From a virus: a stretch of DNA of 64,000 nucleotides. Below, piece by piece: positions 18,508 to 27,300 of this stretch. Under the pieces are notes generated by a model, which made no database searches, was not told the DNA's origin, and saw nothing but the letters and a program-made list of their open reading frames with translations. The stretch is from positions 12,293 through 76,292 of the IMG/VR virus record IMGVR_UViG_3300035698_011327, one strand, 5' to 3'. Position numbers and translations under genes: made by a program. Within the stretch, counting starts at the first letter, position 1. Every line of letters begins with the position of its first letter.

Positions 18508-18648
18508 AGGCGGGAGACATGGTAGGAAATGGTGCGATTATCATAGCAGGCCGCTTTGTAGCACTATCTTCCGGTTCGACTCCGGTGAGAATGCCTCGGT
18601 GGACGCACGATGACCTCGTTGCGAGCAAGTTCGACTCTTGCACCGCCT
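18508..18648 (+). ncRNA. tRNA-like RNA with two T-loops
   Basis: AGGCGG/CCGCCT terminal stem; CCGG-TTCGACT-CCGG and GCAAG-TTCGACT-CTTGC. Confidence 0.45.
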
Positions 18649-18655
18649 AATTAAC

Positions 18656-18731
18656 GGTCTCATAGCTCAGCTGGAAGAGCCTTCGGCTCATAACCGAAAT
18701 GTCCTTGGTTCGAACCCAAGTGAGACCACCA
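18656..18731 (+). tRNA. tRNA with CAT anticodon (elongator Met or Ile2)
   Basis: Full cloverleaf, CT-CAT-AA loop, ACCA end. Confidence 0.9.
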
Positions 18732-18732
18732 T

Positions 18733-18807
18733 AGTCCCATAGCTCAACTGGTAGAGCACATGACTGATAATCGTGGTACTTAAGTTCAATTCTTAATGGG
18801 ACTACCA
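18733..18807 (+). tRNA. tRNA-Ile(GAT)
   Basis: Full cloverleaf, CT-GAT-AA loop, ACCA end. Confidence 0.85.
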
Positions 18808-18826
18808 AACGATAGAAAGGAGAAAG

Positions 18827-19576
18827 ATGGCGAAGAAACTGTATGAACTGTTAGCAACAGAAAGCGAATTGGCAGGGGTATTCAAGAATATTATAACCGA
18901 GACAGGGACTAATTTCTTGAAGAAAGCAGATCGGTACACTGGGTACCATACAGAAGTCAAATATTTTGACGAGAGTGCTCCAAGAGAAGCAGATACTCAC
19001 GTTAAAGTAGACGATACTGTTCCAAGTAAGCTTGCTTATACAGCTGGTCACATTACAGCGTATCTTGACGCCGTATTACAGAAAGAGTCTGCTAACCAAA
19101 AAGCCATGGCTGACGTCGTAATTGACGGCGTGGTTATAGCAACTGATGTACCAGCGACATTCCTTCTTGGGCTTGAAACTAAGTTAAAGAAAGTAAGGGA
19201 CGAAGTGTATGCGAAGATCCCTACATTACAACCCAGTATCCACTGGGATGTAGATACGAACGAGATGGAAGGTGTCTTCAAAAAGAGAGACTCTGATGAG
19301 AAATTCAGAACGAAGAAGATGATGAAGAACCATGTCCGTGCTGCCGCTACCGACAAACATCCTGCTCAAGTCGATGTCTATAATGAGGATGAGAAGATAG
19401 CAAGAATCGTTACGGATACCTGGTGTGGGATGATCTCTTCTGCTGAGAAGTCAAGGCTTTTGAATAAGGTCGATGCTTTAATCAGAGCAGTAAAGACCGC
19501 AAGGCAGAGAGCTAATTCTGTAAAGGTCGATGATGTGAAAATTGGCGAGAAACTTTTTGGTTTTATTAATTCATAA
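18827..19576 (+). CDS. conserved helical phage/bacterial protein (DUF7873-like)
   Basis: VPATFLLGLE..L, IPTL.PS..W, AATDKHPAQV, AVKTARQRAN motifs. Confidence 0.7.
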   Translation: MAKKLYELLATESELAGVFKNIITETGTNFLKKADRYTGYHTEVKYFDESAPREADTHVKVDDTVPSKLAYTAGHITAYLDAVLQKESANQKAMADVVIDGVVIATDVPATFLLGLETKLKKVRDEVYAKIPTLQPSIHWDVDTNEMEGVFKKRDSDEKFRTKKMMKNHVRAAATDKHPAQVDVYNEDEKIARIVTDTWCGMISSAEKSRLLNKVDALIRAVKTARQRANSVKVDDVKIGEKLFGFINS

Positions 19577-19965
19577 GATTGGGATAGCGTCAGCTTCAAT
19601 GCCTTTAAGAGTCAAGGCGCAAAACAAGCTAACCCCTGAAGGTTAGTCTTGAAACAAAGTCCATGGCTCAAGGTATCAAACTCAGATTCAAATTTAGCGT
19701 GAAACCCAATAGCTTCAAGGCAGGGTTCTATAGAATTGTTGAAAGTCGATACACTACACCCTGGGTCGTGGGTTCGAATCCCTCCCCAGCCCCCAAAAAT
19801 TATGGCTGGGTAGCTCAGTGGAAGAGCAAGGGTCTTAATCAAATTGATACGACTTTTCAATATACTTCATAGACGAGCCGTCATAACTTATTACGCAATG
19901 GTTAATATCCATTAAATAAAATGACATAGACAGGGGCGGTGGCTCAAGGAATGCTACCGCCCCAT
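19577..19965 (+). ncRNA. large putative ncRNA with a circularly permuted tRNA-like domain (19758-19833)
   Basis: T-arm and CCCAGCC-CCCA precede GGCTGGG and the D-arm; enclosed by TTGAAAGTCG/CGACTTTTCAA; ends in a GC-rich hairpin at 19933-19963. Confidence 0.6.
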
Positions 19966-19978
19966 TTCAAACAGTTAA

Positions 19979-20057
19979 TGCGGGGTGGCCTAGTCCGGTC
20001 CAAGGCATGTGGCTCATAACCACAAAATCGTGGGTTCGAATCCCACCCCCGCTACCA
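19979..20057 (+). tRNA. tRNA-Met(CAT), initiator-like
   Basis: Cloverleaf; U1:U72 mismatch; GCGGGG acceptor; ACCA end. Confidence 0.85.
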
Positions 20058-20083
20058 AAAACTAACAGAAGGGAGGTGAATAT

Positions 20084-20533
20084 ATGGAAGGCTTTATTAG
20101 CAACGTTATTAGCAATATGCTGCCTATCGCTTTAATCTGTGTAGTTGCGTTGATATTTATCTATGCTGCTTCTGGTATCATAATACATTATGTAAGAAAG
20201 TCAAATACGAAGGACGAAGACAACGAATCCATCAATGTGATTAAGATGGTAAGAGGCATAGCATGTGCTGCAACCTTATTTGTAGGCGTTCTTGCAGGTG
20301 TAGTTTTTGCTGTTTTCTTATCGAATCCTTTTGGTAGCAATAAAGAAGTTATGCCTAGGGCAATCTCTGACGAATCTTTTTCTTCTCCAGCTAAAGCTGA
20401 AATTAAAGTATCAAACAAGATAGCTGTTAGTGAAAAAGCAGTTGAGCTGAAGAAAGATGCTACGGCTAATAACAATGCTGCTATGTCCGAGATCGACAAG
20501 TTGGTCAATGATTCTGCGGTAAAAGCAGAATAA
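20084..20533 (+). CDS. membrane protein (2 TM)
   Basis: Two hydrophobic segments; directly upstream of the SPFH gene. Confidence 0.7.
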   Translation: MEGFISNVISNMLPIALICVVALIFIYAASGIIIHYVRKSNTKDEDNESINVIKMVRGIACAATLFVGVLAGVVFAVFLSNPFGSNKEVMPRAISDESFSSPAKAEIKVSNKIAVSEKAVELKKDATANNNAAMSEIDKLVNDSAVKAE

Positions 20534-20556
20534 ACAAAACGCCTTAATAGGAGGAA

Positions 20557-21486
20557 GTGAAAATGAAAAAGGGGCTATTTATTTTAATCGCTGTTATTAT
20601 GTCGGCGTTTTTTCTGGTTAGATGCGGTAATGTTGTCCCGCCTGGGATGACAGTCATCATCGTAAAGCCTGATGGCGAGACTACCATCCACAAGAATGGG
20701 GCTTACAAAGCTTGGAACAGAGACAGAGCCTATTTTGTAGATGGCAAATTGAAGTCTTTTAAAAAGGACTTGAAGATACTTTGTGCTGACGATATCAATA
20801 TGAGCGTAAGTGTAAAGTGGGTTGGGTCTTTTCTTGTTACAGACCAGACAATCAGTGTCATAAAGGCAAAGGTTCCTGCTAAGACTGCTAATATAGAAGG
20901 CAATGAAGTCCAGCAGCTATCTCTCGATGCGTTCTTTAGGATTGCGATGGCAGATATCATGTCAAGTATTACACGTGATACCGTATCGCCTTATAACACA
21001 GATAACATCAGAGAGCAAAGAGACGTTATCCGTCAGGCTATAAAGAAAGAATTTCTTAAGCGGATGAAAGAGTTGAAGTATCCTATATCAACTGCCGACC
21101 TGCTTATAACGAATCTTGATTATCCTAAAAATGTAACGGCGATGAGACAAAAGATCAAGCATGCTGAGCTAGCGGACTTAGAGAACGCTGCGATAGCAAA
21201 GGCGAATGTTGCTAAAGCTAAACGTGACGCTGAGCTTGAATCTGAGAGAGGCAAGGCGAGTATCGTTAAAGCCAAGATCGATGCTGCCGCTAACAAAATC
21301 AGATCGACAAGTCTTACTCCAGCCATCCTTGCCGTAAAGCAACTTGAGACTTTAGTGACGCTTGCTCAAGGAACAAACAACACAGTCGTTGTAATCCCCT
21401 TTGATGCAATCAGGCCTGGTGGTCTACAAGATACGATCCTGATGAAAAGCGCAATTGATAACGGGAAAAGGATAGCGACGAAATAG
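20557..21486 (+). CDS. SPFH/Band 7/prohibitin-like membrane protein
   Basis: N-terminal anchor, VPPG, ITNLDYP and Ala-rich coiled-coil tail. Confidence 0.75.
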   Translation: MKMKKGLFILIAVIMSAFFLVRCGNVVPPGMTVIIVKPDGETTIHKNGAYKAWNRDRAYFVDGKLKSFKKDLKILCADDINMSVSVKWVGSFLVTDQTISVIKAKVPAKTANIEGNEVQQLSLDAFFRIAMADIMSSITRDTVSPYNTDNIREQRDVIRQAIKKEFLKRMKELKYPISTADLLITNLDYPKNVTAMRQKIKHAELADLENAAIAKANVAKAKRDAELESERGKASIVKAKIDAAANKIRSTSLTPAILAVKQLETLVTLAQGTNNTVVVIPFDAIRPGGLQDTILMKSAIDNGKRIATK

Positions 21487-21528
21487 TTTTTAGTCAGAAG
21501 GGGTGGCATCCGGTGGATGCTCCTCCTT

Positions 21529-21604
21529 GTGGCCGAAGGCAACTTGATGCGCCGATGGGATGTGGCCCCATTGTAAGAGGGTTTGAATCCCTCCGGTCAC
21601 CCCA
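21529..21604 (+). tRNA. tRNA-His(GTG)
   Basis: GTGGCCG/CGGTCAC acceptor, ATGGG-ATGTGGC-CCCAT, C73-CCA. Confidence 0.75.
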
Positions 21605-21607
21605 CTA

Positions 21608-21682
21608 GCTCCGGTCGTCTAACGGTAAGGATATGGGCCTTTCACGCCCACGATCAGAGTTCGATTCTCTGTCGGAGCACCA
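21608..21682 (+). tRNA. tRNA-Glu(TTC)
   Basis: TGGGC-CTTTCAC-GCCCA, T-arm, ACCA end. Confidence 0.9.
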
Positions 21683-21827
21683 AAGGAGTATATGGACCAC
21701 GGAGATGTACCTCTCACTCCACCTGAGATAGTCAAACGGAGAGCAAGGTTAGAAAATTTTCGAGTGAGAAGAAAAAAATTCAAGGAGAATTGGCGTATAA
21801 CTAAATATAGGATAGGAGATAATAAAA

Positions 21828-22730
21828 GTGAGGGATATAAGACTGTTGAAAGGCAAAGTAGGGATAATTCTACCAACATGTAACCCTGATGTCGTTTTCA
21901 AAGACCTGCTTCCATCCGTCAAATATATTTCTGAGTTATCAGATATAGCGACATTCCTTATAAACTTCAACGGCCCTGAATGGGATAGCATAAAGATTGA
22001 AGAATGTGTTCGGCAGCTAAACGACTTTGGATTTGTAGTCAAGTGGGATCATACAGGCATATGGGATAGACCTATAAAGCTAATTATGATGAGAGAGCTT
22101 ACGGCTGCTCTTGAACCTAACTGCGACCTATATCTTTTTGTAGACGATGACTTTAGATTTGTTGAGAAGACAGCCAAGTATCCTTTCTCATCCGGTGAGA
22201 GATACCTTCACTCTATAGACTACATAATGAGATTCCCTAAGTGCGGCGTGCTTAATACAAAATCCTTCCTTGGCGGTGCTCACCAGAAACTCAAGATAAT
22301 AAATACTAAAGATGATATGGTCGCAACGAATCGTGGCCTATTCCTCCGAAACATGATAGACCACGGATTCTTCTTAGCGCCAGAAGACACATGGGATATA
22401 CCTGGCGGGTTAGAAGAAACTCTGATGTCGATGTGTCGAGTCGAGAGAGGGTATTGGTGCGGAAAACAGATGACAAACCCGACTGTTCACATAACAGGAA
22501 AATTATCTGATTACGATAATAAGCCTGAGAATTTCCATAACATAAGCTTAATCGATAATAACATAGGTGATTATCTTAGAAGGCGGTATGACGATTGGGA
22601 ATGGATGTACGAAGAAAAACGTTGGCCTAAAAAACTGTGGGAGATGTATGCTAAGAACGGTGGCCTTGATATGAAACCGGCTGATCCAAAATATACAGTG
22701 GATTATGCTGAGCTTTATCCAAATTGGTAA
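21828..22730 (+). CDS. GT-A fold (GT2-like) glycosyltransferase
   Basis: GIILPTCN start and LFVDDDF DxD motif. Confidence 0.6.
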   Translation: MRDIRLLKGKVGIILPTCNPDVVFKDLLPSVKYISELSDIATFLINFNGPEWDSIKIEECVRQLNDFGFVVKWDHTGIWDRPIKLIMMRELTAALEPNCDLYLFVDDDFRFVEKTAKYPFSSGERYLHSIDYIMRFPKCGVLNTKSFLGGAHQKLKIINTKDDMVATNRGLFLRNMIDHGFFLAPEDTWDIPGGLEETLMSMCRVERGYWCGKQMTNPTVHITGKLSDYDNKPENFHNISLIDNNIGDYLRRRYDDWEWMYEEKRWPKKLWEMYAKNGGLDMKPADPKYTVDYAELYPNW

Positions 22731-22935
22731 CTTTAATATGAATAAGAAACCAAAAAGACAAGATAGCTGATCTTTGCGTACACCTTGAGAACAAGTACAA
22801 GTATCCAGAGACGGACAACGTAGTTGCTCTTAAGCTGGCTATAGAGAATGACGAAGAAGCTGTAGTCAAGCTTGCTAACAACTGGGGAGAAAAAGAAAGA
22901 GGCGAGTTGCCTTTGGCGGCTTGTATGTAGAATTT

Positions 22936-23037
22936 GTGGCAGTGGCTGAATAGAGCAGAGACTGAAGAGTGAACCTCATCTCAAAGCACTCCGTCACGGA
23001 GATCCATAAAGGTACAGGTTAAAGTCCTGTCTGCCAC
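22936..23037 (+). ncRNA. tRNA-like RNA or pseudo-tRNA with expanded anticodon/variable region
   Basis: GTGGCAG/CTGCCAC acceptor, GCT/AGC D-stem, ACAGG-TTAAAGT-CCTGT T-arm; no CCA. Confidence 0.45.
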
Positions 23038-23045
23038 TTAACAGC

Positions 23046-23122
23046 GTATCGGTAGCTCAACTAGGTAGAGCGCTGGACTCCAAACCCAGTGGTTGAAGGT
23101 TCGATTCCTTCCCGGTGCGCCA
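23046..23122 (+). tRNA. tRNA-Trp(CCA)
   Basis: CT-CCA-AA loop, G73-CCA. Confidence 0.88.
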
Positions 23123-23140
23123 ACCTTAAAAGGAGGCAAT

Positions 23141-23410
23141 GTGAAAATTGAAGGTGAGTTCAGAACAGACTTTATTGAGTTATTTAGGTTATATACATTT
23201 ATCATTAAGATAACACATGCGCAGTCTTCCCCATTCATCGTCGTGACTCCAAAAAAGATGGAGATGTTTACTCACGTCACGACTCTTATAAACTCGAAAT
23301 ATAACAAGAATACTGTTGTGTTACAATCCTGGCCTGGTAGCTACAAGACTGATTGTTTTGTATTTACCCTTGGTGATCTAAGAGATTATGCTTCAATACA
23401 TTCGTGGTAA
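23141..23410 (+). CDS. hypothetical protein
   Basis: AGGAGG RBS plus GTG start; QSWPGSYKTDCF. Confidence 0.55.
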   Translation: MKIEGEFRTDFIELFRLYTFIIKITHAQSSPFIVVTPKKMEMFTHVTTLINSKYNKNTVVLQSWPGSYKTDCFVFTLGDLRDYASIHSW

Positions 23411-23430
23411 ATAATAAGAGGAGGTGAATT

Positions 23431-23979
23431 ATGAGTCAATGGACTCATGTAAACGGTAACATCCGATACGATTCTATGGCCCACGCTGGATCAACTATTG
23501 GAGGGAATAAGACAGAAGAAGAACATGCTGTAGAAAAAGCAGCTAGGTGCGAGCAAATCGATCTTATTTTCTTCCAAGAAATCAAAGAGATATTAGGGGA
23601 GATGATAGGCTACGAGCACGTTGGCTTATTTGGAGAGGATGGCGGGAACTGTCCTCAATCTCACATCCCGTGCGGTAGTGAAGGCAGTATAGAATACGAG
23701 GCAATTAAATGTGATCGTGGATATAATGTTATTATTTGGGGCGACCTTCGCAACTACGGGGATTCAGACACGAAGAAGGAAATCTTCCCGTGGTTCGAAA
23801 AGGTGATAGCCGGTGAGCTTACCGACCTTATCTTTGTTAGATCTGCTATCCTTCACGTCCAAGTGGAATATGGAAATGATTATATCATTCTTAGGGACGA
23901 TGATTCAATAGGGGATAAAGATAGGCCCCGTACCATAGTTCACGATCTTGGTAAGAAAAACCGGAAATTACAGATATAA
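23431..23979 (+). CDS. hypothetical phage protein
   Basis: MSQWTHVNG..R.D, P.GSEG, GDLR motifs; RBS. Confidence 0.7.
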   Translation: MSQWTHVNGNIRYDSMAHAGSTIGGNKTEEEHAVEKAARCEQIDLIFFQEIKEILGEMIGYEHVGLFGEDGGNCPQSHIPCGSEGSIEYEAIKCDRGYNVIIWGDLRNYGDSDTKKEIFPWFEKVIAGELTDLIFVRSAILHVQVEYGNDYIILRDDDSIGDKDRPRTIVHDLGKKNRKLQI

Positions 23980-23989
23980 CTAATAAAGT

Positions 23990-24066
23990 CTTGGTGTAGC
24001 CGAGTCTGGTACGGCACCTGCCCTGGGAGCAGGGGATCGGGGGTTCAAATCCCTCCACCGAGACCA
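23990..24066 (+). tRNA. tRNA-Pro(TGG)
   Basis: CCTGC-CCTGGGA-GCAGG, C1-G72, ACCA end. Confidence 0.9.
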
Positions 24067-24082
24067 ATTAAAAGGAGAAGAA

Positions 24083-24385
24083 ATGATAGTTAACGGGAAA
24101 GAATATCCTCTATGGAGTCAATTTATAGAGAAAAAAGCAGACTTCATAGGGAAGAAACTTGTTTCTATTGATGAGGGTCAAGAAGCACAGACAATAGTGA
24201 CAGATCTAACATTAGAACCAAATGGTAAAGACTCTGCCATGTTCCGAGTACACGGCAAAGATTTCAATTGCGGTTTCGATGTTCATCATGGTGGTATATC
24301 TGGAGATGCTGAAGGAGTAGAACAAGGCTATATATCATTTTCATCTACATACTGTGGGACGTTTAGGATATACCATGCTAAATAA
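24083..24385 (+). CDS. hypothetical protein
   Basis: RBS AAGGAG. Confidence 0.6.
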   Translation: MIVNGKEYPLWSQFIEKKADFIGKKLVSIDEGQEAQTIVTDLTLEPNGKDSAMFRVHGKDFNCGFDVHHGGISGDAEGVEQGYISFSSTYCGTFRIYHAK

Positions 24386-27300
24386 AGATTTTTGTCACTT
24401 ACATCTCCATACACAATATTCACTTCTAGACGGTTTTGGCACAGCGGCTATGTATGCCAAAAGAGCATCTGAGTTAGGGTTTACTCATATGGCTATCACT
24501 GATCATGGAGGGGTTGATGGTGTTATAGAATTTCAAAAAGCCTGTAAAGAAGAAGGGATCAAAAGCATTATAGGCTGCGAGGGGTACATCGTACCTGATA
24601 TTTCTGTTAAAGAGAAAGAAAAGAAGTACCACATTACACTACTTGTTAAGAATGAAGTAGGCTGGAAAAATCTCCTTCAGCTTCTTACCATAGCAAACAT
24701 CCAAGGGTTCTACTATAAGCCACGGTTCGATCCACAAACCCTTCTAGACTATTGCGAAGGGCTTGTTGTGATGAGTGCGTGCGCTTCTACTTTCCTTAAT
24801 ATGGGGAACGTAATTGAAAAACCCTCTAGACCTGCAAGGGGCAGAAGATTAGACATGGCCCCAACTTTAGATACGATGGGCATAGACTTGATGCTACAGC
24901 TTAAAGAGAGAACCGATGTAGCGATAGAGATCATGCCTCTTGATCTTAAAGAGCAGATAGAAGTGAACAAGATGTCGATAGAGATAGCTAAAGAGAATGA
25001 TATAATGCTCGTTGCTACTAACGACTGTCATTATCCTTTGGCTGAGCACTCTAAGCTTCAAGAAGTTCTGCTATGTATGCAAACCAAATCAAAATGGTCT
25101 AACCCTGATAGGTGGAAATTTGATATAGACGATCTATATCTAAAGACGGCTGATGAGATGATAGATTCGTTCGCTGAACAAGGCGTAGTTAGTCGTGAGG
25201 ATGTCGGAGTAGCATTATTGAATACAATGACTATAGCGGAGCTATGTGACTTCGAAATAGAAGCAAGAGAACCAAACTTGCCCAGAGTCCACGTATCTAA
25301 GTATCCAGATTTCAGCGAAGATGACCAGATTATAAGACTTGTCCTTGATGGCTTGGATAGCAGGGCTGAAGATCACGAGTGGATAAAGAACGATATAGCA
25401 GCATATCAAGAAAGAATAGAAGAAGAACTTGAGCAGATTATGCCAAAGTTCACAAGATACTTTCTTGTCGTGTGGGAGCTTGTACATTGGTGTGAAAAAG
25501 AGAAAATAATGGTGGGGCCGGGGCGTGGATCTAGTGGAGGTTGCTTAGTTGCTTACTGCTTAGGGATAACGGACGTTGACCCTTTAAAGTACGACCTTGT
25601 ATTCTCAAGGTTCATATCTCCAGGCAGAATCGATTTACCTGATATTGATATGGACTTCGAAGATAGAAGGCGAGAGGATGTCAAGAAGCATCTTGCCGAT
25701 ATCTACGGGAAGTGGAACGTCATAGAAGTCTCTACCTTCCTGAAAATGCACGGTAGAGGAGCAATAAGAGACGTCAGCAGAGTTTTCGATATACCATTAT
25801 ACGAAGTGAAGAAAGCAGCAGAATGTATCGTTACAAGATCGGGTGGTGATGTTCGGGCTGACTTTTCTATCGAAGATGCCTTCAACACATTTGAAGATGG
25901 GATAGCCTTTAAAGCAAAATACCCAGAAGTGACTAAGATGGCTATGTCTTTTGAAGGACAGATAAAATCTGCTGGTAGACATGCCGCAGCTACGTGCGTA
26001 TCAGAGACAGACTTAAGGTTAGGAGAAAATGCTAATTTTGTAGTCAGGAATAAAAAGAATGTCTGTAACTGGGCCAAAGAAGATGCTGAATATATGGGCC
26101 TAATGAAGCTTGATATATTAGGGCTGAACTCTTTGACGATCTTGAGTGAAACAAAAGACCTTGTTAAGGATAGGCACGGGATAAATATAAACTACAATCT
26201 CATAGACTTGGACGATGAGAGATTGTATGTAGAGTTCATAGCTGGGAATACGATAGGCATATTCCAGTTTAGCTCTAATAGCATGATGAAGTTATGTCGA
26301 GATATCAAAGGAGATTGTTTCGATGAAGTTGTAGCCCTCAATGCCCTTCATAGGCCTGGTGCTCTACGAAGTGGTTTTACGCAAATATATAGAGATCGTA
26401 AATTTGGCGCTCAAGACGTTGAGTATGCCCACCCGTGGATAGAAGGGATAACCAAGGATACCCAAGGTCTGATCATCTATCAAGAGCAAGCGATGCGCTT
26501 GATGTATGAGCTCGGTGGACTTACTTGGAAGACCGCAGACACTATCCGTAAGGTAATCAGTAAATCGAAGGGCGTTGAGGAATTCATGAAGTTCGAACAG
26601 CAATTTATAGATGGCTGTAAAGAACGGGATACCCTTAATAAAGCAGAAGCTATGATAGTTTTCGGTGAGCTTAAGAATATGGGCAGCTATAGTTTTAATA
26701 AGTGTTTACGGGGGGTTACGTCCCTTATAAGATCTGCTGCCGGGAAGCATAGCAAAAAACAAGAGATAACTGTTGAAGAATTATACAAGAGATGGAACTC
26801 TAAAGCTCAAGTAGGGACAAAATACAGAGACCCAAAAAGGGGTCTAAAGATTATGCAAGTTGATCCTGATGGCAGAGTAAGGCCAGCAAAAATAAAGGCT
26901 ATCCACAGGAACGGAACAAGAAGGACAATAGCAAGGATAACGACTGAGTCTGGCAAGCAGATAGACGCTACGATGAATCATAGGTTCCTCACAGATAAAG
27001 GATACGTTTTGGTTGGAGAGCTTAAAGTTGGCGATCTTATGGCTATAATGGGAGAAAAAGAAGAACATATTAAAAAGGGAGAGCCGCACAACCAAAAAAC
27101 TACATATGATGGATGTGGATTTCAAAAGGGAAAAGATAACATATCTTATATAGATGGCAGAGCTAAATATTTCAAAGAAGGGAAGAAAGCAGTAATAAAA
27201 AGAGCAGATGGGAAATGTGAAAATTGTAAAATAGAGATAGAGGGTGTGTGTGAATGCTGCCACCAGAAAATAAAATATGGTAGGCCTGAGATAGCCCACA

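Noticed and set aside
19612-19872. ORFs 19663-19872 (+), 19612-19860 (-) and 13817-14002 (-)
   Set aside because: They overlap tRNA-like structures and read as translated tRNA sequence (e.g. VVGSNPSP, GGIRTHDP).
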